Source: an uncultured Pelagibacteraceae bacterium (lineage in GTDB: Bacteria; Pseudomonadota; Alphaproteobacteria; Pelagibacterales; Pelagibacteraceae). Taken from it: 64,000 nucleotides of DNA. Under the pieces are notes generated by a model. It had not been told where the DNA came from and did no database searches. It saw nothing but the letters and a program-made list of their open reading frames with translations. Shown here piece after piece: positions 38,329 through 47,492 of the stretch (positions are counted from its first letter, which is position 1; each line of letters begins with the position of its first letter). Position numbers and translations under genes: made by a program. Where the stretch lies: the NCBI GenBank assembly GCA_902543485.1, contig CACBYP010000006.1:11807-75806 (forward strand), read 5' to 3'.

Positions 38329-39123
38329 TTAATAGTGCTTTGGTGCCTCACGTTTAATTCCAAGTCCAAATTGTTCTGGAGCATCTGCAGGTGGAGGTAA
38401 ATTATCTCTAGAACCATCTGCTTCTGCTAAATTTTTTTGGATTGCAGCACCTGGTTTGTAGAACATATGAGCAAATTTAGACCAGTAAACTCCTCCAAAT
38501 AAAACTATGTTAGCAACCGCGAACAAAATTAAAAATATAATACTTAAACCAGTAGTTCCTGAATATTGGAAATACGACCAAGCTAAACCAAACGTAGAAG
38601 ATAATACTAAAGCTAAAACAAATAAATCTGCTTTTATGATTCTAAAAACTGAGTGAGCTTCAGCAGATACATCTACTCTTAAAAAAAACCAAAACCAATA
38701 TGCTCCAAGGCAAGTTAAGATTGCACCAGCATGCCAAATGATTGGCCATATAGATGGGGTTACAGCATTAGGAGAAGAATATCCAAATATCATAACACCT
38801 GAACCGATCCAAAATAATATTGTTCCATACATTCCTAATACATGTGCAAATCTTCTTTTACCCAAACCTAATTCAGATGTAGTTCCAATATCGTGTACTA
38901 CTGTTTTAGAAATTATTGCTGTTTTCTCTCCAAGACTTAATTCTCTACTTGCTGCTTTTTTTGCTTTTTTAGCATTATTAAAAAAATATTTTACATTCTT
39001 CTTATGAATAATATCCATCAGTGTTCCAATCACCACTAATGCCAACATCAATAAAACAAATGCTTGCAAAGCAATTGAAGGGACTGTTGAGGAAAGTACA
39101 GCAAATGGATTTGTTGTGAACAT
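38329..39123 (-). CDS. aprM: Membrane anchor associated with APS reductase (AprM-like)
   Basis: 264 aa polytopic membrane protein immediately upstream of aprBA. The call rests on position and topology, not on a verified alignment. Confidence 0.6.
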   Translation of the reverse strand: MFTTNPFAVLSSTVPSIALQAFVLLMLALVVIGTLMDIIHKKNVKYFFNNAKKAKKAASRELSLGEKTAIISKTVVHDIGTTSELGLGKRRFAHVLGMYGTILFWIGSGVMIFGYSSPNAVTPSIWPIIWHAGAILTCLGAYWFWFFLRVDVSAEAHSVFRIIKADLFVLALVLSSTFGLAWSYFQYSGTTGLSIIFLILFAVANIVLFGGVYWSKFAHMFYKPGAAIQKNLAEADGSRDNLPPPADAPEQFGLGIKREAPKHY

Positions 39124-39229
39124 ATTATTATCTCCGCTAAATATAATACTAAACTGAGTTCTTAATCTATAAAAAATATTAGTTCAACTGACTAATAATC
39201 TCATCTCAATAAAAAAATGTTAATAAAAG

Positions 39230-39628
39230 TTACTTTTTCCTTACATAATGCTGTTTAGAAGAAATTACAGCTCTAACACCACCTTGAGGATTTTTAACAT
39301 CATTTTTTCGTCTTGGAATCAAATGAATATGACAATGATTAATAGATTGTCCAGCAACCTTGCCGGAGTTAGTGCCAATGTTAAAACCCTTCACAGATTT
39401 ATCACTCTTTTCAATTTTTTTTTTTAGTTTCTTTATTAATTTATTACACGCTAAGATTTCATTTGAAGTTAGATCAAAATAATTTTTAACACACCGCTTT
39501 GGGATTATAAGTGAATGAAATTTGGATACAGGATAAGTGTCGGTAGTTGCATAAGCTAGTTCGTTTTCAAAAAGATATTCCTTTTTCTTTGTAAAACAGA
39601 ATATGCACGGATTATTAGGATTTCTCAT
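39230..39628 (-). CDS. HIT-family (histidine triad) nucleotide hydrolase/transferase
   Basis: 132 aa with the HCHIHLIPR histidine triad. ATGA overlap with pabC-like upstream; 106 bp upstream of aprM. Confidence 0.85.
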   Translation of the reverse strand: MRNPNNPCIFCFTKKKEYLFENELAYATTDTYPVSKFHSLIIPKRCVKNYFDLTSNEILACNKLIKKLKKKIEKSDKSVKGFNIGTNSGKVAGQSINHCHIHLIPRRKNDVKNPQGGVRAVISSKQHYVRKK

Positions 39629-40401
39629 AAATAATTACTCAATTTTTTTTGTTTAAGTATTTGAGTTTTATATTTGCTTACAAAAGTTTCATAAGATTTA
39701 TATTTTTTTCTATTCCAGTTTTTCTCTTTTATAGATGAAACAGTGGAAACTCCCTTTCCAGATCCGATTAGAAGTATTTCCTCATATTGATTTAAATTAT
39801 TAATATTAATATTAGTTTTTTTTATCCTAAAATTTTTTTCAAAAAACTTAAGATTTACTCCTCGATAAAATTTTCTTATTGGTGAATAATATTTATTATC
39901 TTTTATAAAAATAATATTTGAAGTTCCTGTTTCTAAAATTTTTCCATTTGAACAAAGTGCAATATCAGATTTTGAATTATCCATTTTAGATAAATTTTTT
40001 AAAATAAATTTATACTTTAGATTTTTATGTTCAGGCTTAATTCTATTGTAATTGATTAGCTTTAACTGAAGATTTTTTTTAATTTTTAATTTATCTCTTA
40101 AAGAAATAGAAATTAAACTTTTGGTAACTGCAATTCGCAATAAATGATTATAATTTTTTCGTTTATTTAAATTCGATTTAATTATTTTAAATATATTTTT
40201 TTTTAAATTTCGATCGTAGACTTTATAATTTTTAGTTGACTTAATAAGATTTGTTATGTGTTCTTTAAAAAATAAAATCTTTTGAGGCTTTCCATAGATC
40301 CACATAGTTGTGAAAACCCCGTGGGCATTCCATAGATCTTTAAATTCTTTTTCTTTAAGATCTTTTCGACTGTAAGATTTTTTTAATAAGAATTTTACCA
40401 T
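39625..40401 (-). CDS. pabC: Class IV aminotransferase-fold protein, probable aminodeoxychorismate lyase
   Basis: 258 aa. Position after pabB-pabA, with a GTSNIIF-type block. Extremely K/N/I-rich, so the alignment by eye is weak. Confidence 0.55.
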   Translation of the reverse strand: MVKFLLKKSYSRKDLKEKEFKDLWNAHGVFTTMWIYGKPQKILFFKEHITNLIKSTKNYKVYDRNLKKNIFKIIKSNLNKRKNYNHLLRIAVTKSLISISLRDKLKIKKNLQLKLINYNRIKPEHKNLKYKFILKNLSKMDNSKSDIALCSNGKILETGTSNIIFIKDNKYYSPIRKFYRGVNLKFFEKNFRIKKTNININNLNQYEEILLIGSGKGVSTVSSIKEKNWNRKKYKSYETFVSKYKTQILKQKKLSNYL

Positions 40402-40921
40402 TTGTTGTTAAAAAAGATTCTGGATGAAATTGAAAACCATATACATCATCTCTTTTGTTTTCAAAAGCCATAGCAATATTAGTTTTAGCGCATCTCATAG
40501 TAATATCAAAATTTTCTTTAATAAATGGCTCTTGAAGCTTAAGTGAATGATATCTTCCGACTTTAAATTTAGAATTCTTTCTAAAGATAGATTTATTCGA
40601 AACAACTTTTACTTCAGATTGATAACCATGGAATATTCTCCTTTGTTGAATAATTTTGGCATTTTCACAATGTAATATTTGCTGGTACCCTAAGCAAATT
40701 CCTATGATTTTTTTTCTTCCTTTAAATTTATTATAAATTTTTGAAGTATTTGGATAATCTTTGGGTGAACCGGGTCCAGGAGATAATACAATTGTATTAG
40801 ATTTATTTAATAAACTGTTATTTATTTCAAAATAATTTGAACAATAAACTTTATCAAACTGAGAGAATTGATGAACTACATTCCATGTGAATGAATCCTG
40901 ATGGTCTATTATATAAATCAT
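40355..40921 (-). CDS. pabA: Aminodeoxychorismate/anthranilate synthase glutamine amidotransferase component
   Basis: 188 aa. GICLGYQ nucleophile elbow and a FQFHPES histidine block. Confidence 0.85.
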   Translation of the reverse strand: MIYIIDHQDSFTWNVVHQFSQFDKVYCSNYFEINNSLLNKSNTIVLSPGPGSPKDYPNTSKIYNKFKGRKKIIGICLGYQQILHCENAKIIQQRRIFHGYQSEVKVVSNKSIFRKNSKFKVGRYHSLKLQEPFIKENFDITMRCAKTNIAMAFENKRDDVYGFQFHPESFLTTNGKILIKKILQSKRS

Positions 40922-42132
40922 TTAAATAATTCTAATAATGATTTTGCTTTGATAAAATTTTCATTAAATTCTTTTTTTGCTGCACTATCTAATACAACTC
41001 CAGATGCTGCAGATATTTCTGATGTATTTTTATAATTTAGTATAGATCTTATTATTATGTTAAACCTCATATCTTTATTAAATTTTATATAGCCAAAACT
41101 ACCTGTAAAAATATTTCTATTCTCTTTTTCTTGTTGATTTAACAATTCCAAAGTTCTTACTTTTGGACAGCCTATGACTGATCCACCAGGCATCATAGAT
41201 TTGATAATATTTTTTATAGTCATACCTTTTAATAGGCTTCCAGATATGGTTGTAACATAATGAAATAAGTGTCTGTATTCCTCAACATACTTTTCTTTAT
41301 CAATTTTTACTGTTCCTGGAATACAAACTCTGGATAAATCACTTCTTTCCATATCAACAATCATATTGTGTTCTTTAGTCTCTTTAATGTTATTTCTAAA
41401 AAACTTTAAGGCACTAGATCTGTTAGATTTTTTACTTTTTCTTAATGTGCCAGCAATAGGCTTGGTAATGATTTTGTTACCTTTTTTTAATAATAAAGTT
41501 TCAGGTGAGCAGCTTACAATAGAATAATTTTTATCTCTTATCATAAAAGATTCTGGTGAAGCATTTGACTTCATCAATCTCCAGAAAAAATTAATTGGAT
41601 TTATTGAAGATTTATTACGATATTTTGTACAAATTTTTATTTGATATGTTTCTCCTTGTCTTATTTTTTTTGAAAAAATATCGAATATTTTTTTGTATTT
41701 TTGATATTTAATATTTAATTTAAAGGGTGATAAAATTTTAGTTGGTTTAAAATAATTATTAAATTCGTGCTTTTTTTTATTTGAAAATATTGAAATATTA
41801 TCTCTTATTTTAATGATTGTTTCTGGTTTGTAAAAAACTCCTTTATAAAATCCATTTTTAGACTGTTTGCTAATTTTAATACCAAGTAAATAATTTAAAA
41901 TTTCATATCCAAAAAAACCAACATATTGATCAGTTTCTTTTTTATATTTCATCCTTTCAAAAGAGTTTAAAAATTTATGTATATTTTTTTTTGTTAAATT
42001 AATTTTTTTAGAAAAATCTGTATAAATGTCATAACCATTATCAACTTTGTAGATTATCAGTGGCTTATCCGACTGATAAAGTTTTTCTAAATACGGGTTA
42101 AATTTAAGTTTATGCGATTTGCGGTCTTTCAA
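40918..42132 (-). CDS. pabB: Aminodeoxychorismate synthase component I (chorismate-binding enzyme)
   Basis: 404 aa. SPETLL, PIAGT, DMERSDL, PGGSVIGCP and GSFGY chorismate-binding blocks. Confidence 0.8.
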   Translation of the reverse strand: MKDRKSHKLKFNPYLEKLYQSDKPLIIYKVDNGYDIYTDFSKKINLTKKNIHKFLNSFERMKYKKETDQYVGFFGYEILNYLLGIKISKQSKNGFYKGVFYKPETIIKIRDNISIFSNKKKHEFNNYFKPTKILSPFKLNIKYQKYKKIFDIFSKKIRQGETYQIKICTKYRNKSSINPINFFWRLMKSNASPESFMIRDKNYSIVSCSPETLLLKKGNKIITKPIAGTLRKSKKSNRSSALKFFRNNIKETKEHNMIVDMERSDLSRVCIPGTVKIDKEKYVEEYRHLFHYVTTISGSLLKGMTIKNIIKSMMPGGSVIGCPKVRTLELLNQQEKENRNIFTGSFGYIKFNKDMRFNIIIRSILNYKNTSEISAASGVVLDSAAKKEFNENFIKAKSLLELFK

Positions 42133-43330
42133 TTGGCTTCTCTTTTATAGGTAAATGTATCAAACCAGCAAAAATAGATAATGCGATAGATATGTACCAA
42201 GCATAATCAAAATTGCCGTTAAGTTCGTAGAAAACTCCACTCAAATAAGCTCCTAAAAAAGATCCAATTTGATGACTTACAAAAACAATTCCATATAATA
42301 ATCCGATATACTTAGTTCCAAATACCTTGCCTATTATTCCATTTGTTGGTGGAACTGTTGATAGCCACAACATTCCAAATGTTATTCCAAAGATTACTGA
42401 ATTAAAAACACTTGGTGGTAGGAATATGAAATAAATAATTGATACTCCTCTTAGTAGATAAATTGCACTTAATAAAATTTTTTGACTGTATCTAGTTGCA
42501 AGATATCCACTTGTAATTGTTCCAACCATATTAAAAAGTCCAATTAAAGCCAAAACCATTGCCGCACACCAATCTGGTAATCCTTTATCAATCATGTAAG
42601 TGGGTATATGAGTTGCTACTAAAGCAATGTGCCAACCGCATACAAAGAAACCTAAAGTAAGATAGATGTAACTTTTATTTGAAAAAGCCTCTTTTAAAGC
42701 TTCTCTAGCTGTTTGATTGTTATTTTGATTTGTGCCGACAGGTATTTTTGGTGTTGAAACAAATAATGCTACTATTAATCCTAGACCTAAAAAGAAACAG
42801 AAAAATAGCATTGTATTTTCCCACCCATGTTCAACAAGTGAATATCTAGTTATTAATGGTGATATAAAATATCCAAAAGATCCTGCTGAGGTTACTATTC
42901 CTGTTGCTATTGTTCTGCTTGATACTGGAAAATGTTTTGCAACAACTGAAACCGGTATACTGATAGCTGTAGATCCCAGTCCAACACCAACTAATATTCC
43001 AATTGTTATAGTAAAATAATAACCAGTATTAAAACCTGAATAAAACAATAAAATTGCTAACAAATAAAAAACAAAACCAATAAAGATTGCAATATTACCA
43101 CCATACTTATCCGTAATAATTCCAAACATAGGACTGAAAACACCCCACAATAAGAGCTGTAATCCCATTGTAAAGCCGAACTGTGTTATGGTGATATCTA
43201 AATCAGTTGCAAAATCAAAATAAAACATTCCAAAAGTTTGTCTTATTCCTAATGCAATAATAACAACAACGGATGCAGCTATTACAGTAACTAATGCTTT
43301 TTTTGTTGGAAAAAATTTGGTGTCATTCAT
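42110..43330 (-). CDS. MFS transporter
   Basis: 406 aa with about 12 TM segments and an MFS loop motif (ITDKYGG). Confidence 0.85.
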   Translation of the reverse strand: MNDTKFFPTKKALVTVIAASVVVIIALGIRQTFGMFYFDFATDLDITITQFGFTMGLQLLLWGVFSPMFGIITDKYGGNIAIFIGFVFYLLAILLFYSGFNTGYYFTITIGILVGVGLGSTAISIPVSVVAKHFPVSSRTIATGIVTSAGSFGYFISPLITRYSLVEHGWENTMLFFCFFLGLGLIVALFVSTPKIPVGTNQNNNQTAREALKEAFSNKSYIYLTLGFFVCGWHIALVATHIPTYMIDKGLPDWCAAMVLALIGLFNMVGTITSGYLATRYSQKILLSAIYLLRGVSIIYFIFLPPSVFNSVIFGITFGMLWLSTVPPTNGIIGKVFGTKYIGLLYGIVFVSHQIGSFLGAYLSGVFYELNGNFDYAWYISIALSIFAGLIHLPIKEKPIERPQIA

Positions 43331-44505
43331 CTTACAGATGTAATAGCCTGTTTAATGTCAGCAATCAAATCATTTGGGTCTTCTAAACCAATATGTAATC
43401 TTATAATATGTTCGTTATTACTCAGCTTTGTGTAGCTCCTATTACCCAGTGCCAATTTGTCTTGATATAAAGCGAGACTTTCAAATCCACCCCAGCTGTA
43501 ACCATGGGCAAATAATTTTAGTTTATTCAAAAATTTAATTACAGAGTTTTTATTTTTAGAAATAATTTTTACACCCATTAACCCAGATGATCCTGAGTAA
43601 TACTTTTTCCACATTTTGTATTGTTTAATATTTTTTTTAATTGGGTAAAAAACCTCTTTAACTTTTTTTTGTTTGCTCAAAAAATTAGCTACCTTGATGG
43701 TATTTTCTTGATGCTTGTCTAGCCTAATATCTAATGTTCTTAGTCCTCTCATAATTAAATAGGCATCATCAGGGCTTAGTCTTAAACCAACTGCTTTTTG
43801 ACTTAATTCCACTTCTTTAAAAAGTCTTTTTTTAATAGCTAAACTGCCACCCATAACATCTGAATGACCAGAATAATATTTTGTCGCTGAAACTATAGAC
43901 ATATCAAAACCTAAGTCTAAAGGCTTGATTAAATAAGGTGTTCCCCATGTGTTATCAATAGCTGTATAAATATTCTTATTCTTAGCAAATGATAATATTT
44001 TTTTTAAATCTTGAAATTCAAATGTGTTACTTCCTGGGTTTTCAACAAAAATAAGTTTAGTCTTATTTGTAATTTTTTTTTTTAAGTCATCTAAGTTTTT
44101 TGGATCATAAAATACTGCTTTAATATTGAATTTTTTTAAATAGTCTTCGGTTAAAAATCTTGTAGGCGAGTATACCGAGTCTGTTATAATAATTTCATCA
44201 CCAGGTCTTACAACACTAATCACTCCAAGAAAAACTGCACCAAATCCTGTTGGTGTTAAATAAACTTGATAAGCATTTTCAATTTTTCTTAATATTTCTT
44301 GTAGTGCAAAAGTTGTTGATGTTCCTTTTCTACCATAATCAAAATTTTTGCTTAAGGGATTTTTTTTATAATTACTTTGTGTTTTCTTTATATCTTGAAG
44401 AGTTTTAAATATTATTGTTGAAGCTCTTACTACTGGCGGATTAACTGACTGATTTTGATAATCTTTTCCTACTTGTTTTAAAAAAGTTTTAACTGAATTA
44501 ACCAT
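43327..44505 (-). CDS. metC: Cys/Met-metabolism PLP enzyme, cystathionine beta-lyase-like
   Basis: 392 aa. SATKYYSGHSDVMGG PLP-lysine block and a C-terminal RLHIGLED motif. Confidence 0.75.
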   Translation of the reverse strand: MVNSVKTFLKQVGKDYQNQSVNPPVVRASTIIFKTLQDIKKTQSNYKKNPLSKNFDYGRKGTSTTFALQEILRKIENAYQVYLTPTGFGAVFLGVISVVRPGDEIIITDSVYSPTRFLTEDYLKKFNIKAVFYDPKNLDDLKKKITNKTKLIFVENPGSNTFEFQDLKKILSFAKNKNIYTAIDNTWGTPYLIKPLDLGFDMSIVSATKYYSGHSDVMGGSLAIKKRLFKEVELSQKAVGLRLSPDDAYLIMRGLRTLDIRLDKHQENTIKVANFLSKQKKVKEVFYPIKKNIKQYKMWKKYYSGSSGLMGVKIISKNKNSVIKFLNKLKLFAHGYSWGGFESLALYQDKLALGNRSYTKLSNNEHIIRLHIGLEDPNDLIADIKQAITSVR

Positions 44506-44580
44506 AAAAAAATTGATTAGTTATATTGACAATGCTATATCCCTCAAATAAGTCAATAAAATTGTAAAACTAAGGAGATT

Positions 44581-44664
44581 ATGGGGTACCCGAAAAAGCA
44601 TAGAGGCCGAAGGAAAATGGGCTCTAAAAAAAGAAGAGCAAGAAAAAAGAATAAGAAAAAGTAA
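44581..44664 (+). CDS. Candidate 27-aa hyper-basic peptide
   Basis: AAGGAG at 44572-44577, then the ATG at 44581. The product is MGYPKKHRGRRKMGSKKRRARKKNKKK (18 of 27 residues K/R/H). It is below the track cutoff. The codons are unusually GC-rich for this genome, so an RNA-structure explanation is also possible. Confidence 0.3.
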   Translation: MGYPKKHRGRRKMGSKKRRARKKNKKK

Positions 44665-44670
44665 AATTAA

Positions 44671-45789
44671 TTATTCTTTAATCCAACCACCACCAAGAAC
44701 TTTGTGACCATATTGGTCTTTTTTATAAAAGACACATGCTTGTCCAGGTGAAATACCATCTTCAGAATTATCTAAATTTACCTCAGCATCATTCTGGTTT
44801 ATAAAATTTAATTTGGCGCTTAATAACTTTCCTGTAGACCTAACTTTAACTAATATATTTTCATTTAATTCGTTTTTATCGGATAATAGATTAATATTTT
44901 TTAAATTAATTTTCTTTTTTCCTAGATGTTCTCTTCCTCCAACAATTATTTCATTATTCTCTGCATTAATTTTAATTACATATAATGCCTCTTTGTCAGC
45001 TACTTTAATTCCTTTTCTTTGACCAATAGTAAAATTTATAATTCCATCATGAACACCTATTACTTCACCATTTAGATTTTTAATATTACCTTTTTTTAAG
45101 GAGTCTGGCTTAAACTTTTTTATTACTGATGAATAGTCTCCGTTAGGAACAAAACATATATCTTGACTATCTGGCTTATCTGCAACATTTAAATTTAGTT
45201 TTTTAGCAATTTCTCTAGTTTCATTTTTTAACATTCCACCTAATGGAAATCGTAAATAATTTAATTGCTCTCTTGTAGTATTAAATAGAAAATAACTTTG
45301 ATCTCTATTTTCATCTACTGCTCTATACATATTATTTTTTTCATTTATTGTTATATTTTTTACATAATGACCTGTAATCAAAGCATCAGCATTTAAATCT
45401 TTAGCAACTTCATACAAATCTTTAAATTTGACAGTTTGATTACACTGTACGCATGGTATTGGAGTTTCTCCTTTTAAGTAACTTTCTACAAAATTATCAA
45501 TAACACCTTGCTTAAATTTATCTTGGTAATAAAGAATTTTATGATCAATATCTAATTTATGAGCAACTCTTTTTGCATCTATAACATCTTGGCCTGAGCA
45601 ACATACTTTTGATTTAACAACTTCTTTACTATCGTTGTATAGTTTTAATGTTATACCGGTAACATTATATCCTTGCATTTTCATCAAACCTGCAACTGTA
45701 GATGAGTCTACACCACCAGACATAGCTACAATTACTTTAGTATCAGTAGGTTTCTTATCTAATCCAATTGAGTTTAACTCTAAATTCAT
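44671..45789 (-). CDS. mnmA: tRNA 2-thiouridine(34) synthase
   Basis: 372 aa. [12 protein letters not shown]-loop and MnmA-like sequence throughout (DSQDICF, GGGWI end). Confidence 0.92.
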   Translation of the reverse strand: MNLELNSIGLDKKPTDTKVIVAMSGGVDSSTVAGLMKMQGYNVTGITLKLYNDSKEVVKSKVCCSGQDVIDAKRVAHKLDIDHKILYYQDKFKQGVIDNFVESYLKGETPIPCVQCNQTVKFKDLYEVAKDLNADALITGHYVKNITINEKNNMYRAVDENRDQSYFLFNTTREQLNYLRFPLGGMLKNETREIAKKLNLNVADKPDSQDICFVPNGDYSSVIKKFKPDSLKKGNIKNLNGEVIGVHDGIINFTIGQRKGIKVADKEALYVIKINAENNEIIVGGREHLGKKKINLKNINLLSDKNELNENILVKVRSTGKLLSAKLNFINQNDAEVNLDNSEDGISPGQACVFYKKDQYGHKVLGGGWIKE

Positions 45790-45830
45790 GAGGTGGTATT
45801 TATACTCATTTCTATTATAAGTAAAATCAA

Positions 45831-45998
45831 ATGATTTTAGATTTTGAACCAGGTGATAAAGTTATAAATCCTAATAATAAAGATTGGGGAATAGGACAAG
45901 TACAGTCAATTATTAAAGAAAAAGTAACTGTGAATTTCGAAAATGTAGGAAAAAAAGTTATCAATGCTAAAAATATCGAATTAGAAAAGTTAGAATAA
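45831..45998 (+). CDS. DUF3553-like small protein
   Basis: Own translation: [55 protein letters not shown]. The GD.V....WG.GQVQS....VTVNFE pattern matches my recollection of DUF3553. It ends immediately before the cysQ ATG. Confidence 0.6.
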   Translation: MILDFEPGDKVINPNNKDWGIGQVQSIIKEKVTVNFENVGKKVINAKNIELEKLE

Positions 45999-46769
45999 AT
46001 GAAACAAATTGAAATAAAGGCAGCTATTGAAAAATTGATTGACACTTTTTTATACGCAGGAAAAGTTTCAATAGAATTAAGAGAAAAAGGCTTAATAAAA
46101 GAAATTAAGGAAGATAACACACCTGTTAGCAATGGTGATCTTGAGGTTAATAGAATTTTAACTGAAAAAATAAATGACTTAACTCCTCAAATACCGATTA
46201 TATCAGAAGAAACTAGTCATAATAAATCCAAGAAAGATTTAAAAAATTTTTGGCTAATAGATCCAATTGATGGTACTTATGATTACATTAATGATCTTGA
46301 CGAATTTACTCTAAATGCTGGTTTAATAATTAATAATCGATCAGTAGCAGGTATAATATATGCACCCGCTAAAAATAGATTATTTTATTCTTATGAGAAA
46401 GGTTGTTCATTTGAAATAATTAATAGCAAACATGTAAAATTAGACTGTTCAAAAATTTCAAATAATAAACTTAAATTTGTATCATATTCAAATAAACTAA
46501 AACCTGAAATAAACAAAATATATCAAACAATGAATGTTAGCGAATTTAAAAGGATGAAAAGTTCTTTAAAATTTTGTGTAATAGCTTCAAATGAATACGA
46601 CGGCTATGTTGCAGAGCCTAGAGCATGTGAATGGGATATAGCAGCTGGGCATGCTATTCTTGAAAATGCAGGGGGTATAGTTACTGATTTTGAGGGAAAT
46701 GAAATACTTTACGGAAAAGAAAATTTTAAAAATCCTAGTATAATTTTGAAAAGAAATAAAAATATATAA
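45999..46769 (+). CDS. cysQ: 3'(2'),5'-bisphosphate nucleotidase / inositol monophosphatase family
   Basis: 256 aa. ISEE metal site, the WLIDPIDGT motif and a C-terminal WDIAAGHAI block. Confidence 0.8.
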   Translation: MKQIEIKAAIEKLIDTFLYAGKVSIELREKGLIKEIKEDNTPVSNGDLEVNRILTEKINDLTPQIPIISEETSHNKSKKDLKNFWLIDPIDGTYDYINDLDEFTLNAGLIINNRSVAGIIYAPAKNRLFYSYEKGCSFEIINSKHVKLDCSKISNNKLKFVSYSNKLKPEINKIYQTMNVSEFKRMKSSLKFCVIASNEYDGYVAEPRACEWDIAAGHAILENAGGIVTDFEGNEILYGKENFKNPSIILKRNKNI

Positions 46770-46918
46770 TGAGTGAGCAATTAAGAATAATATTAATTAT
46801 AATAGTTTCTGTATCAATTTTTGGATTGATAGTATTTGTGATGGTAAAGAACTATATCAAAAGCAAAATTCAGTATTATTTAGAGGAAAAGAATAAAAAG
46901 TCTAAAGAAGATTTATAA
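46769..46918 (+). CDS. Possible 49-aa single-TM peptide
   Basis: TAATG coupling to cysQ. The product is MSEQLRIILIIIVSVSIFGLIVFVMVKNYIKSKIQYYLEEKNKKSKEDL. It overlaps the recX 3' end convergently by 17 nt. Confidence 0.3.
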   Translation: MSEQLRIILIIIVSVSIFGLIVFVMVKNYIKSKIQYYLEEKNKKSKEDL

Positions 46919-47465
46919 TTTTCAAATATTCCTCTTTATCTAGTTCCATTACTCTTCTGGAAACTTCAAAATCAAATCCAGATCTTGCTAATATACCAAT
47001 ATCTTTTTTATAGAATAAAGGTCTATTATCTTCAGTTCTTGAAGGACCAATTCTTTTTTTTTTACAAACTTTTATGGCTGAAAAAAAATCTTGATCTTCA
47101 TTATTTTCATTAATTTGTTCAATTGTATTTTTAATATATTTTTCTCCAACTCCTTTACTTATTAAATAATTTCTAATCTTATTTATTGATGAACCTCTTT
47201 GGATTAGACTTTTTGCTTTTGTTTCTGAATAAAATTTATCATTTATAAATTTAGATTTTTCTAAATCTTCGGCTACAATCTCGATTAGATCTGAAATATT
47301 GCTTCTTTTAACGTTATCAACTTTAGATCTTAAATATTTCTTTAAAAGATATGTTTTTAGCTGTTGTTTTGATGGTGCAAATTTTTCTACATAATTAAGT
47401 GCAAAGTTGCGCATTTCATCAATTGTCGCTTCTAAGTTTTTTTTTTTATTTTTTATAGGAATCAT
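46902..47465 (-). CDS. recX: RecX-like regulatory protein
   Basis: The track start at 47504 is TTG; the ATG at 47465 gives 187 aa. The sequence is helical-repeat with RecX-like segments (KAKSLIQRGSSINKIRNYLISKGV). Confidence 0.65.
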   Translation of the reverse strand: MIPIKNKKKNLEATIDEMRNFALNYVEKFAPSKQQLKTYLLKKYLRSKVDNVKRSNISDLIEIVAEDLEKSKFINDKFYSETKAKSLIQRGSSINKIRNYLISKGVGEKYIKNTIEQINENNEDQDFFSAIKVCKKKRIGPSRTEDNRPLFYKKDIGILARSGFDFEVSRRVMELDKEEYLKIINLL

Positions 47466-47492
47466 TATTGCATTTAATATAATATAACCCTT

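Noticed and set aside
35960-39123. aprMBA as evidence of sulfate respiration
   Set aside because: No dsr, qmo or sat genes are seen. The neighbours are sulfite-producing desulfonation enzymes and a sulfite exporter, which favours the oxidative direction (sulfite to APS).
44506-44670. SAM-type (SAM-II/SAM-V) riboswitch upstream of metC on the minus strand
   Set aside because: I could not find the AAAGCU-type core or a convincing pseudoknot by eye. It is left as an alternative explanation under the sORF finding, not called as a feature.
45827-46132. 101-aa minus-strand ORF from the track
   Set aside because: It is antisense to a DUF3553-like ORF and to the conserved N-terminus of cysQ. Its low-complexity F/S/I-rich product has no motifs, so it is a shadow ORF.
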